Shown here: in pieces, positions 36,549-45,922 of the stretch
Layout of the letters: every line of letters begins with the position of its first letter
Position numbering within the stretch: position 1 is the first letter of the stretch
NCBI GenBank assembly: GCA_044342535.1
Contig: JBIIPQ010000001.1
Location: 1 to 53,676, forward strand
Source: Burkholderiaceae bacterium
Lineage (GTDB): Bacteria > Pseudomonadota > Gammaproteobacteria > Burkholderiales > Burkholderiaceae_E
Reading direction: 5' to 3'
DNA length: 53,676 nucleotides
Position numbers and translations under genes: made by a program
The notes under the pieces: generated by a model
Told to the model about the DNA's origin: nothing
Database searches by the model: none
What the model saw: only the letters and a program-made list of their open reading frames with translations

Positions 36549-39325
36549 GCGTGCCGTCCCGGCAGCAGATCAGCGCGCAGCTCGAAGCGGTGCTTCAGCG
36601 CGACCGCGAGGCACGCTGCGTCGCGATCCGCTCGCCCTCGGCGGCCGCGTGGCCGCCGTCGCTCGCAGTGGGCTCGCATCGGTTCGACCTCGCCTGGTGC
36701 GAGTCCGCGCTCGCCGTGCGGCTGAAGCTGGCCGAGTTCGATGCGCGTCGCGACAGTAGCGCCGAAGGCGGCGGTGCAGCGTCGCCGGATGCCGGTCTCG
36801 TCGTGCTGACGCCGCTCGGCGAAGCCGAACTCGGCGACGACGTGATGGCCCGTGTGGCCCGGTCGCGCGTGTTCGCGGTCGAGCGCTGGGATACGGTGCG
36901 GCAGGTGTTCGGTGCGGTCGGCATCGATGCGCGATTGGCTCGGCTGGGGTGGGTGGCGGATGCCCTCGTGGAGCTGGCGCCCCCCGGCGGCTACGACCCC
37001 GTACCCAACGGCTTTCTGGACCTGTACACGGCGCGCCATCGCGTGCAGCAGGGCTTGCTGGGCCTCGACGATGCACGCCCGGACGCGGTGTCGCTGCTGC
37101 GCTGGACGGTGACGCCCGGCGCCCTGCAACGCTGGACCGCGCTCGGTGCGGGCATCCGTGACGACCTGGCGGCCTGGCTCGTCGAAGGCGTCGGTCCGGT
37201 CGGCCCGCGCCTGCTTCAGTGCATTGCGGCCGGTCACGGCGAGGACGCGATCGCGCTCGGAATCGTCTGCGGCGTCGTCTTCGCCGACACGGCTGGGCCG
37301 GCCCCGGAACTTGCCGCCGCCGCGGTGCGGCTCGAGCGCTTCGTCGGCGGGCAGCCGGTGTCGCGACTCGAGGGGCTCGACTGGGCCGGGGCCGCGAACC
37401 GCGCGCTGCCATTGCTCGACGCCGACCTCCAGCGCCGCGTGCTGGCCCGGGCCGACGCATTGACGGTATCGCTGCACCTGCAGGCGCACCAGGGCCTGAG
37501 CGATCTGCTGCCGGGGGGGTTCGAGGCGCGATTGGCTGCGTTCGCCGTGGCATTGTCGGCCTGGCTCGTCCACTGGCGGACCGCCCCCACGGCTGCCGGC
37601 CGGACCGACGCGCTCGCCGACGCGGCCGCGCGCGTGACCGAGGCCGCGCACTCGGTCGCGGCGCATCGACAGGCGGCCGTGCAGCATGCTCGAAGCGAGC
37701 GTGTCGCGATGGCGTCGAGGCTGGTGCGCTGGCTGCTGCAGGCGGGTCCACAGACGCCGCTCCCGGGCGTGGCCCTGCTTGCCTGCGCCAACGCGTATGC
37801 GATGGATGGAGCGTTCGCCGACTGGGCACGCCTGAAGCTGTTGGGGGGCGATGCCTCGACTGCACTGACGCAAGCGCAGGCAGCGCTCGTCGACGCCGTG
37901 AAGGCGCGACGCGAGGCCTTCAATGCGGATTTCGCGCGGGCCGTACAGGCCGAGGGCGTGCAGCCGATGGCGCCCGCCGGCACGCTGCTGCCGGTGGAGG
38001 CGGTTCTCGATACGGTGGTCGCGCCGCTCGCACGCCGCGTGCCGGTTCTCATGATCGTCGTCGATGGCCTGAGCCTGCCGATCTATCAGGAACTGGCGCG
38101 CGACCTCGAGCAACACGGATGGCAGGAGACCGTGCCGGTATCGGACGCCCGCGCGCCGGTCGCACTGGCCGCGCTGCCGACGGTCACCGAAGTGAGTCGC
38201 GCGAGCCTGCTGGCGGGGCGCCTCGCGAACGGAGCATCGTCGTTCGAGAAGGGGGCTTTTGCCTCGCATCCGGCGCTCCTCGCGGTCTCGCGGGCTCGGA
38301 CCAAGCCGGTGCTGTTCCACAAGGGTGAGCTCGGGGATGCGCTCGGCCTGGCGCCGCCGGTTCGTGCGGCGATCGCCGATCCCGCCCTGAACGTCGTGGG
38401 CGTGGTCTTCAACGCGGTGGACGACCAGCTGGGCGGTTCCGACCAGCTGCACCTGCGCTGGACCCTCGAAGACCTGCGACTGCTCGGTCCGCTGCTCCAC
38501 GAGGCCCGCAGCGCCTCGCGCGTGCTGGTGATCACTGCGGACCACGGTCATGTGCTCGATGATCGCAGCGCCGTGCGCGCCGGCTCGGACGGTGACCGGT
38601 GGCGTTCGCCGGCCGGTGCGGTGCAGCCTGACGAGGTCCAGCTCGGCGGCGCACGCGTCATCAGCCCGACCGGCGGCACGTCGGTGGTGTGCGCCTGGAG
38701 CGAGCGGCTGCGCTACGCGTCGAAGCGCAACGGCTATCACGGTGGGGTGTCGCCGCAGGAGGCGCTCGTGCCGCTCGGCGTGTTCGCTCCGGTGCACGTC
38801 GTAATCGAAGGCTGGAAGGCCGCGCCGCCACGAATGCCGGAATGGTGGGATGCGTCGGTCGTCGAAGCGCCGGCGCCGGTCGCGCCGATCCGTGTCGTCG
38901 AGCCTGCGCCGACAATCACACGGCGAAAGGCCGATACCCGTCAGCAGGGCCTGTTCGCGGAAGAGGGGCACGATGCTAGGCCCGATGGCACGCTGGAGGC
39001 AGGCCCGACGGGCGTCACCTGGATCGATGCCCTCCTGTCGAGCGAGACCTACCGGGCGCAACGTACGCTCGCCGCGCGGGTCGCGCCCCGAGACGAAGAC
39101 ATGCGCGCGTTGCTCGCCGCGCTCGAGGAACGGGGAGGCAAGTTGAATCGCACGGCACTCGCGCAGCGGCTCTCGATGCCGCTGCTGCGGGTCGGCGGAT
39201 TCGTCCATGCCGCTCGCCGCGTGCTGAATGTTGACCAGGCCGCAGTGCTCATGCTCGATGACGCGAGCGGGACCGTAACGCTCGATCGCAGGCTGCTCGA
39301 GCTGCAGTTCGAGGTGCGCTCATGA
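36545..39325 (+). CDS. pglZ: PglZ: alkaline-phosphatase-superfamily BREX protein
   Basis: 926 aa. PglZ/alkaline-phosphatase-like core VLMIVVDGLSLPIYQEL ... VLVITADHGH ... GYHGGVSPQE. Confidence 0.85.
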   Translation: MSVPSRQQISAQLEAVLQRDREARCVAIRSPSAAAWPPSLAVGSHRFDLAWCESALAVRLKLAEFDARRDSSAEGGGAASPDAGLVVLTPLGEAELGDDVMARVARSRVFAVERWDTVRQVFGAVGIDARLARLGWVADALVELAPPGGYDPVPNGFLDLYTARHRVQQGLLGLDDARPDAVSLLRWTVTPGALQRWTALGAGIRDDLAAWLVEGVGPVGPRLLQCIAAGHGEDAIALGIVCGVVFADTAGPAPELAAAAVRLERFVGGQPVSRLEGLDWAGAANRALPLLDADLQRRVLARADALTVSLHLQAHQGLSDLLPGGFEARLAAFAVALSAWLVHWRTAPTAAGRTDALADAAARVTEAAHSVAAHRQAAVQHARSERVAMASRLVRWLLQAGPQTPLPGVALLACANAYAMDGAFADWARLKLLGGDASTALTQAQAALVDAVKARREAFNADFARAVQAEGVQPMAPAGTLLPVEAVLDTVVAPLARRVPVLMIVVDGLSLPIYQELARDLEQHGWQETVPVSDARAPVALAALPTVTEVSRASLLAGRLANGASSFEKGAFASHPALLAVSRARTKPVLFHKGELGDALGLAPPVRAAIADPALNVVGVVFNAVDDQLGGSDQLHLRWTLEDLRLLGPLLHEARSASRVLVITADHGHVLDDRSAVRAGSDGDRWRSPAGAVQPDEVQLGGARVISPTGGTSVVCAWSERLRYASKRNGYHGGVSPQEALVPLGVFAPVHVVIEGWKAAPPRMPEWWDASVVEAPAPVAPIRVVEPAPTITRRKADTRQQGLFAEEGHDARPDGTLEAGPTGVTWIDALLSSETYRAQRTLAARVAPRDEDMRALLAALEERGGKLNRTALAQRLSMPLLRVGGFVHAARRVLNVDQAAVLMLDDASGTVTLDRRLLELQFEVRS

Positions 39326-40686
39326 TCGGACCGCAGCGCAGGCTGGAGATCATCGATGCGCTGCGGCGGGGCACGGTGCCGCGCGCCGGGCTCGATGCGC
39401 TCGCGATCGGAATCGACCGCCTCGCGCCGACCCTGGATGACGAACTCGGCACGGTCGCGACCGGACGCGGCCAGTTCAAGGCGGTGCGCGGCGAGTACGG
39501 CAGCGGCAAGACGTTCTTCGCGCGGTGGATGCAGGAGCGCGCCCGCAGCCAGGGCTTCGCGACGAGCGAGGTGCAGATCTCCGAGACCGAGACGCCGCTG
39601 CACCGGATGGAGACCGTCTATCGCCGACTCGTCGAGCGGCTCTCGACGGCGGACGCGGGGGACGGCGCGTTCCGGGGGGTCCTGGACGGCTGGTTCTACG
39701 CGCTCGAGCAGGACGTGCTCGCGGGCGGCGAGGTCGATCCGGCCGATACCGATGCGCTCGTCGCAGCGACCGACGCGCTGATGGAGACGCGGCTCGCGGC
39801 GGTGACCCGAGTCGCGCCCGCCTTCTCCGCGACGCTGCGCGCCTACCGTCGAGCCCTGCTTGCCGGCGATGCGGCGAGCGCCGACGGGCTCGTCGCCTGG
39901 GTGTCGGGCCAGCCGAACGTGTCGGCCTCGATTCGCAGGGCGGCGGGGGTGCGGGGCGATATCGATCACTTCGGTGCCAGCGCATTCCTCGGGGGCGTGC
40001 TGACGATCCTGCGGGACTCGGGCTTCGCCGGCCTGCTGCTCGTCCTCGACGAAGTCGAGACCTTGCAGCGCATGCGTGCCGATACGCGAGAGAAGGGGTT
40101 GAATGCAATGCGCCAGTGGGTCGACGAGATCGATGCCGGTCATTTTCCCGGCCTGTATCTGCTCGTCACCGGCACACCCGCGTTCTTCGACGGCCCGCAG
40201 GGCGTGCAGCGCCTGGCGCCCCTGGCGCAGCGCCTCGCGGTCGACTTTTCCACGGATGCACGCTTCGACAACCCGCGTGCGGTGCAGGTCCGGCTGCAGG
40301 GCTTCTCGGTCGAGGCGCTCTGCGAGGTGGGCCGGCGCGTGCGCGACGTCTACGCCGAGGGCTCGGACGCAGCGCCGCGCATCCGGGCACGCGTGGACGA
40401 CGCCTACCTGTTGGATCTCGCGCGCGCGGTCACGGGGCAACTCGGCGGACGGGTTGGCATCGCGCCGCGTCTGTTCCTGAAGAAGCTCGTCGGCGACGTG
40501 CTGGACCGCGTCGACCAGTTCGATGCCTTCGAACCGCGGCAGCACTACGCGCTCACGCTCTCGGAGGCCGAGATGACGGTGCAGGAGCGCCGCGCGGTCC
40601 AGGCTGGCTCGGTCGACGACATCGAGCTCGATCTGGGCGCGGAGCCTGCACAGGGTGTCGACCGCAAGGCACTCCCGCGTGACTGA
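39322..40686 (+). CDS. brxD: BrxD: BREX ATPase (DUF2791-like)
   Basis: N-terminus IIDALRRGTVPRAGLDALAIGIDR, Walker A GEYGSGKTFF (39490-39513), Walker B LLLVLDEVE. The start overlaps the pglZ stop. Confidence 0.8.
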   Translation: MIGPQRRLEIIDALRRGTVPRAGLDALAIGIDRLAPTLDDELGTVATGRGQFKAVRGEYGSGKTFFARWMQERARSQGFATSEVQISETETPLHRMETVYRRLVERLSTADAGDGAFRGVLDGWFYALEQDVLAGGEVDPADTDALVAATDALMETRLAAVTRVAPAFSATLRAYRRALLAGDAASADGLVAWVSGQPNVSASIRRAAGVRGDIDHFGASAFLGGVLTILRDSGFAGLLLVLDEVETLQRMRADTREKGLNAMRQWVDEIDAGHFPGLYLLVTGTPAFFDGPQGVQRLAPLAQRLAVDFSTDARFDNPRAVQVRLQGFSVEALCEVGRRVRDVYAEGSDAAPRIRARVDDAYLLDLARAVTGQLGGRVGIAPRLFLKKLVGDVLDRVDQFDAFEPRQHYALTLSEAEMTVQERRAVQAGSVDDIELDLGAEPAQGVDRKALPRD

Positions 40687-42754
40687 AGGCCCGTTCGACC
40701 GCCTGCACCCTGCCATCCGGCATCACGTTGTCAATTCACTCGGGTGGAGCACGCTGCGCCCCACGCAGCTCGCTGCGATCGATCCGATCCTCCAGGGACG
40801 CGACTGCCTTCTGCTTGCGCCGACCGCGGGCGGCAAGACGGAGGCTGCGGTGATCCCCGTGCTGTCTCGGATGCTCGCCGAGCCCTGGCAGGGCCTGTCG
40901 GTGCTCTACGTGTGCCCCATCAAGGCGCTGCTCAACAACCTCGAGCAACGCTTGTCGCGGTATGCGGCCCTGGTCGGGCGCCGGGTCCAGGTCTGGCATG
41001 GCGATGTCTCGCAGAGCAGCAAGGCGCGCGCCTCGCGCGAGCAACCCGATCTGCTGCTGACGACACCCGAGTCGCTCGAGGCGATGCTCATCTCGCTTCG
41101 GGTCGATCGGCCGGCGTGGTTCGGCAACCTTCGGGCCGTCGTCGTCGACGAGCTGCATGCATTCGCAGGTGACGACCGGGGCTGGCACCTGCGCGCCGTC
41201 CTGCGCCGCATCGATGCCTACCTGCCGCGCCCGATGCAGCGGATCGGGCTGACTGCGACCGTAGGCAATCCGCGCGAACTGCTCGACTGGCTGACCGGAC
41301 ACCAGGACGGCGTGCAGGTCGGCGAGGCGACGGTGACGACGGACGCCGACGTCGTGATCGACTACGTAGGGGGGCTGGACAACGCGGTGACCGTGCTCGC
41401 AAGACTGCATCGCGGCAGCAAACGGCTCGTTTTCTGCGACAGCCGCTCGAAGGTCGAGCAGGCGGCTGCGGGCCTGCGCGCCCTCGGCGTGCGGACCTTC
41501 GTCTCGCATTCCTCGCTCAGCGCAGCCGACCGGCGCGAGGCCGAGCGTGCATTTGCCGAGGAGCCAGACTGCGTGATCGTGGCGACCAGCACACTCGAGC
41601 TCGGCATCGACGTGGGTGACCTCGACCATGTGATCCAGATCGATGCGCCTGGCTCTGTGTCCTCGTTCCTGCAGCGGATGGGCCGCACCGGGCGGCGCAG
41701 CGGCGGCCGTCGTAACTGCACCTTCTTGGCCACCTCCGAGGATGCGCTGCTGCGCGCCTGCGCGATCGTGTCGCTGTGGCGGGCAGGGCGCATCGAGCCG
41801 GTGATTGCGCCGCCCGAGCCCTGGCACCTGGTCGCGCAGCAGGCGATGGCGCTGCTGCTCGAGTCCGGCGGCATCGGACGCGCTGCGCTCACGGAGCGGC
41901 TGTCGGCGCTGTTGCCCGAGCTCGATCGCGCAGGCATCGACGCGGTGCTGGCGCACATGCTCGCGACGGATGTGCTGGTCGATATCGACGCGATCCTCGC
42001 GTTCGGTCAGCACGGCGAACGAGAGTACGGCCGCCGGCATTTCGTCGACCTGGTGTCGTCCTTCGACAGCCCGCCGGTGCTCGTCGTGCGACACGGCGCC
42101 GCAGAGCTCGGCTGGATCGATCCGACGTCGGTATTGCGGCGCCCGGGTGCCGATGCCGACGAGCCCCTGGTGCTGTCGCTGGGAGGACGGGGCTGGACGG
42201 TCGTGTCGATCGACTGGCCGCGGGCCACCGCCTGGGTCGAGCCTGCGAAAGCCGCCGGCCGGTCACGCTGGTCCGGCTCGGCGCGGCCCACACCGTTCGC
42301 AATGGCGCAGGCGATCAAGACGACACTGGCGGCCGACGAGCCCCTCGAGGCCTTGTCGCGCCGGGGCCGCGAGCAGATGGAGCGGATCCGTTCGACGATG
42401 CCGGCGGTCGAAGAGGAAGCGACCCTGGTGGCGCGGCTCGGTGCCGGGGAAGAGCGCTGGTGGACCTTCGCCGGTGAGCGCATCAACGCGATGCTGCGCG
42501 GCCGGCTGATGCCGGGCAGCGTCAACCGGGTGGATGCGCTCGGACTGGATTTGTCCCGACCGCTCGCATGGCGGGATGCGGGTGCGCCGGATCACGACGA
42601 ATCGCTCCCGGTCGCTGCGTTCCGTGCCGTCCAGCCGAAGTTCGCCGGGTGCCTGCCGGATGAGGTTGCGCGCCGGATGGCAGTCGCGCGGTGGGCCGAT
42701 ACGGCCGATCTGCAGCGGGTCTTGCAGGCAAGGGTCGTCACGATCGGCGTCTAG
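40655..42754 (+). CDS. brxHI: BrxHI: Lhr-like DEAD/DEAH-box helicase of BREX type 2
   Basis: Motif I LLLAPTAGGKTEAA (40817-40840), motif II VVVDELHAF, motif III GLTATVGN, motif VI QRMGRTGRR. The start is GTG 40655 or GTG 40679; both overlap the end of brxD. Confidence 0.85.
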   Translation: MSTARHSRVTEGPFDRLHPAIRHHVVNSLGWSTLRPTQLAAIDPILQGRDCLLLAPTAGGKTEAAVIPVLSRMLAEPWQGLSVLYVCPIKALLNNLEQRLSRYAALVGRRVQVWHGDVSQSSKARASREQPDLLLTTPESLEAMLISLRVDRPAWFGNLRAVVVDELHAFAGDDRGWHLRAVLRRIDAYLPRPMQRIGLTATVGNPRELLDWLTGHQDGVQVGEATVTTDADVVIDYVGGLDNAVTVLARLHRGSKRLVFCDSRSKVEQAAAGLRALGVRTFVSHSSLSAADRREAERAFAEEPDCVIVATSTLELGIDVGDLDHVIQIDAPGSVSSFLQRMGRTGRRSGGRRNCTFLATSEDALLRACAIVSLWRAGRIEPVIAPPEPWHLVAQQAMALLLESGGIGRAALTERLSALLPELDRAGIDAVLAHMLATDVLVDIDAILAFGQHGEREYGRRHFVDLVSSFDSPPVLVVRHGAAELGWIDPTSVLRRPGADADEPLVLSLGGRGWTVVSIDWPRATAWVEPAKAAGRSRWSGSARPTPFAMAQAIKTTLAADEPLEALSRRGREQMERIRSTMPAVEEEATLVARLGAGEERWWTFAGERINAMLRGRLMPGSVNRVDALGLDLSRPLAWRDAGAPDHDESLPVAAFRAVQPKFAGCLPDEVARRMAVARWADTADLQRVLQARVVTIGV

Positions 42755-42805
42755 CACTGGGTCGTCCAATCGGCCTGTATCGCCCGGTCCGTCCCAAGCC
42801 CCGGT

Positions 42806-43951
42806 TCAGCACCGCGGATCCACCTCCACGCAGTGCCGCCCCAGCTCCGCGATCGACGCCGCGCCCAGGTGCGCGAGCGTGAGGTGCATCTCCTCGACCA
42901 GCGTGGCGAGCATCCGCCGCACCGCCGGCGCGCCGCCTGCGCCGACCGCATAGAGCCCCGGCCGCCCGATCAGCACCCCCTGCGCGCCCAGCGCCAGCGC
43001 CGCCACCACGTCGCTGCCGCGGCGGATGCCGCCGTCGACCAGCAGCGGTACGCGGGCCGCGGCCTGCGGCCCCCAGTCGGCGAGCGCGCGGATGGTCGAC
43101 GAGGTGCCGTCGATCTGGCGGCCGCCGTGGTTCGACACCACCACCGCCTCGACGCCGTGGTCGGCCGCGCGCAGCACGTCGTCGAGTGCCAGCAGGCCCT
43201 TGATCAGCAGCGGCCCCTTCCAGCGTGCGCGCAGCCAGGCGAGCGCCTCCCAGGTCAGGCTCGGGTCGTAGAGCGCGCCCACCACTTCGGCGTGCGAGCG
43301 GCCGCCCAGGTCGCCGAGCTCGTAGTTGCGCATCGTCGGCATGCCGTGGCGCGCGAGGTCCAGGCACCAGCGCGGATGCAGCGCGAAGTCGAGCAGCGTC
43401 GCGGGCGTCAGGCGCAGCGGCACGGTGAAGCCGTTGCGTCGGTCGCGGTCGCGCTTGCCCACCACCGGCACGTCGACGGTGAGCACCAGCGCGTCGTAGC
43501 CCGCGGCCTCGGCGCGCTCGATCAGCCGCTCGGTGATCGCCCGGTCGCGGAACACGTAGAGCTGGAACCAGCGCCGCCCGTCGCCGACCGCGGCGACCTC
43601 CTCGAGCGTGGTGCCGGCCGCGGTCGACAGCACGAACGGGATGCCGGCCCGGGCGGCCTCGCGCGCGAGCACGCGGTCGGCATCGGGGTGGACCATCGTG
43701 GCGAGGCCGGTCGGCGCGATCGCGATGGGCGCGGCCACGGGTGCGCCGAGCAGCGTGGTCGCGACCGAGGTGTGCGACACGTCGCGCAGCAGGCGCGGCA
43801 CGAAGCGCACCGCCTCGTAGTCGTCGACGTTGGCGCGCGCGCTGCGCTCGTCGCAGGCGGCCCCGTCGACGAAGTCGAACACCGCCCGCGGCAGCCGCGC
43901 GCGGGCCATCCGTCTGAGGTCGTGGACCGAGGTCGCGCGGGAAGCATTCAT
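42806..43951 (-). CDS. FMN-dependent alpha-hydroxy-acid dehydrogenase/oxidase (L-lactate dehydrogenase LldD-like)
   Basis: ATG at 43951. WFQLYVFRDR, LVLTVDVPVVGKRDRD, VVVSNHGGRQIDG and VDGGIRRGSDV. Confidence 0.85.
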   Translation of the reverse strand: MNASRATSVHDLRRMARARLPRAVFDFVDGAACDERSARANVDDYEAVRFVPRLLRDVSHTSVATTLLGAPVAAPIAIAPTGLATMVHPDADRVLAREAARAGIPFVLSTAAGTTLEEVAAVGDGRRWFQLYVFRDRAITERLIERAEAAGYDALVLTVDVPVVGKRDRDRRNGFTVPLRLTPATLLDFALHPRWCLDLARHGMPTMRNYELGDLGGRSHAEVVGALYDPSLTWEALAWLRARWKGPLLIKGLLALDDVLRAADHGVEAVVVSNHGGRQIDGTSSTIRALADWGPQAAARVPLLVDGGIRRGSDVVAALALGAQGVLIGRPGLYAVGAGGAPAVRRMLATLVEEMHLTLAHLGAASIAELGRHCVEVDPRC

Positions 43952-44005
43952 CGGGGCGGGGCCTCGGGAGTACGATGCCGCCGATCCTACGCCCCGAGGC
44001 CGCTC

Positions 44006-45028
44006 ATGACCGACCCCCGTTCCACCGACGCCTCCCGCCCGCTGCATGTCGCGCTGCTCGGCGACATGGTCGTGCGCAACCTGCCGCGGCTGCGCGCCAA
44101 GGCCGACTTCCCCATCGAGATCGCCTGCGTGCCGAACGCCGCGCCCGCCGCCGAGCGTGCCGCGGCGATCCGCGCGGCCGACGCCGCGGTGGTCAACGCC
44201 TTCCCGTGGCCGGCGACCGACGCCCGCGGCCTGCGGCTGGTGCAGGTGCAGGGCGCCGGCTGGGAGAAGGTCGACACCGCCTGCCTGCCGGCCTCCACCA
44301 CGGTGTGCAACGCCTTCGGCCACGTGCGCGCCGCGGCCGAGTATGCGCTGATGACCATGCTGATGTGGACCCACCAGTGGAAGGCCGTCGAGGACGATTT
44401 CCGCGGCGGCTCGTGGGCCTGGAGCGGTTCCGTGGGCGGACCGTTCCGCGACGAGCTCAACAGCCGCACGGTGGGCATCGTCGGGCTGGGCCACATGGGC
44501 CGCGAGATCGCCACGCGCGTGCATGCGATGGGCGTGCGCGTGCTCGGCTGCGCGCGCACCGCGCCCGGGGACACCAGCGCCTTCGACCACGTCTACCCGC
44601 TCGCGCAGCTCGACGCCTTCCTCACGCAGTGCGACTTCGTGATCCTCGCGATCGCGCTGGTGCCCGAGACGACCGGCCTGATCGACGCGCGGCGCCTCGC
44701 GCTGATGCGGCGCGGCGCGGTGCTGGTGAACCTGGCGCGCGGGCCGGTGGTCGACGAGCGCGCGCTGTACGACGCGCTGACCGGCGGCACGATCGCAGGC
44801 GCGGTGCTCGACGTCTGGTGGCGCTATCCGGACGCGAGCGACCCGTCGCCGCGCCCGTCCTCGCTGCCCTTCCACACGCTGCCCAACGTGATGATGACGC
44901 CGCACTCCTCGCAGTGGACCGAGCAGATGATGGACCGGCGCTGGGACATGATCGTCTCGAACCTGCGCCGGCTGCATCGCGGGGAGGCGCTGGCAGACGT
45001 GGTGCGGGCGGGGCGCGCCGCGCCCTGA
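44006..45028 (+). CDS. D-isomer-specific 2-hydroxyacid dehydrogenase family, NAD-binding
   Basis: ATG at 44006. VGIVGLGHMGREIA, LVNLARGPVVDE and MTPHSS. Confidence 0.8.
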   Translation: MTDPRSTDASRPLHVALLGDMVVRNLPRLRAKADFPIEIACVPNAAPAAERAAAIRAADAAVVNAFPWPATDARGLRLVQVQGAGWEKVDTACLPASTTVCNAFGHVRAAAEYALMTMLMWTHQWKAVEDDFRGGSWAWSGSVGGPFRDELNSRTVGIVGLGHMGREIATRVHAMGVRVLGCARTAPGDTSAFDHVYPLAQLDAFLTQCDFVILAIALVPETTGLIDARRLALMRRGAVLVNLARGPVVDERALYDALTGGTIAGAVLDVWWRYPDASDPSPRPSSLPFHTLPNVMMTPHSSQWTEQMMDRRWDMIVSNLRRLHRGEALADVVRAGRAAP

Positions 45029-45042
45029 GCTTCGCGCGGGCC

Positions 45043-45858
45043 TCAGTCGATCAGCCGTCCCGCCGCCCGGAACGGATACGGACCGGCGAAGTCGCCGACC
45101 ACCGCGGTGTGCGTGACGAGCTGCAGCCCGCTCCACCAGTGGAGCTGGAAGCCCGGCGGCTCCATCGTGAACCGGTCCGCGGCATCCCGGTCGATGTCGA
45201 GCGCGACCTGGTGCGCGGGGCTCGGGCAGGTGCCCGCGACGGTCTTCGCGAAGCGCACGGTGATCGGTCGGTGCAGGTGCCCGGCAATGATCCGCTCGAC
45301 CTGCGGGTGCCGTGCGATCACCTGGGCGAGGGCTTCGCTGCCCGACAGGCCCACGCGGTCCATGTGCCCGATGCCGGTCACGAACGGCGGGTGGTGCATC
45401 GCCACCACCGTCGGCCGTCCGGGGGCCTCGGCGAGCGCGCGCTCCAGCCAGCCGAGGCGCTCGGCGCACAGCGCGCCCGAGCCCGAGCCCGGCACCACCG
45501 TGTCCAGCGCGACCAGCCGGATCGGGTCGAGGTCGACCGCGTACTGGATGAACGGCGCCCACTGGTGCAGGTACGCATGCTCGGGAAACGCCTCGCGCAG
45601 CGCGCCCCGCTCGTCGTGGTTGCCGGGCAGCAGGTAGACCGGCATCGGCAGCGGCGCCAGCAGCTCACGGATCAGCGCGTATTCCTCGGCGGTGCCCCGG
45701 TCACCGAGGTCGCCGGTGGCCACCACCGCATCGGGGCGCTGCGGCAGCGCGAGGAGGCTGGTGACGCACCGCTCGAGCATCGATGCGGTGTCGACCACGC
45801 CGTAGGCGAGGCGGCGTTCGGCCTTGATGTGCAGGTCGCTGATCTGGCACAGGAGCAT
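45043..45858 (-). CDS. Metallophosphoesterase (CpdA/GpdQ-like phosphodiesterase)
   Basis: ATG at 45858. QISDLH, ATGDLGDRG, LPGNHD, AMHHPP and AGHLH motifs. Confidence 0.8.
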   Translation of the reverse strand: MLLCQISDLHIKAERRLAYGVVDTASMLERCVTSLLALPQRPDAVVATGDLGDRGTAEEYALIRELLAPLPMPVYLLPGNHDERGALREAFPEHAYLHQWAPFIQYAVDLDPIRLVALDTVVPGSGSGALCAERLGWLERALAEAPGRPTVVAMHHPPFVTGIGHMDRVGLSGSEALAQVIARHPQVERIIAGHLHRPITVRFAKTVAGTCPSPAHQVALDIDRDAADRFTMEPPGFQLHWWSGLQLVTHTAVVGDFAGPYPFRAAGRLID

Positions 45859-45922
45859 GGCGGTCGGTCCTCTTGGCAGGGGCGGTCGTGGGTCGGGCTG
45901 CGGGGGGTGGACGAGGCGCCGC

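Larger units (their letters stand above)
21466..42754 (+). other. Type 2 BREX (Pgl) defence locus, pglW-pglX-[3-gene insert]-pglY-pglZ-brxD-brxHI
   Basis: All six signature genes are on one strand in the canonical type 2 order. Junctions are tight or overlapping (25686/25691, 36545-36548 ATGA, 39322-39325 ATGA, brxD/brxHI overlap). Confidence 0.85.

Noticed and set aside
21865-39208. Very long antisense ORFs across the BREX genes (21865..25932, 32691..34985, 36089..39208, 39049..40716 on the minus strand), plus many 100-600-aa alternative-frame ORFs.
   Set aside because: They have the same low-complexity Arg/Gly/Ala/Pro composition. They lie opposite or out of frame with genes carrying kinase, methyltransferase, P-loop and phosphatase motifs. 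They are stop-codon-poor frames of GC-rich DNA, not genes.
20567-42805. A search for island boundaries: att-like direct repeats, an integrase, or a tRNA at either end of the BREX region.
   Set aside because: By eye I found no matching repeats between about 20.55-21.46 kb and 42.75-42.81 kb, and no mobility gene. I therefore did not call a mobile element. Composition and the hydrolase remnant are only indirect evidence of acquisition.
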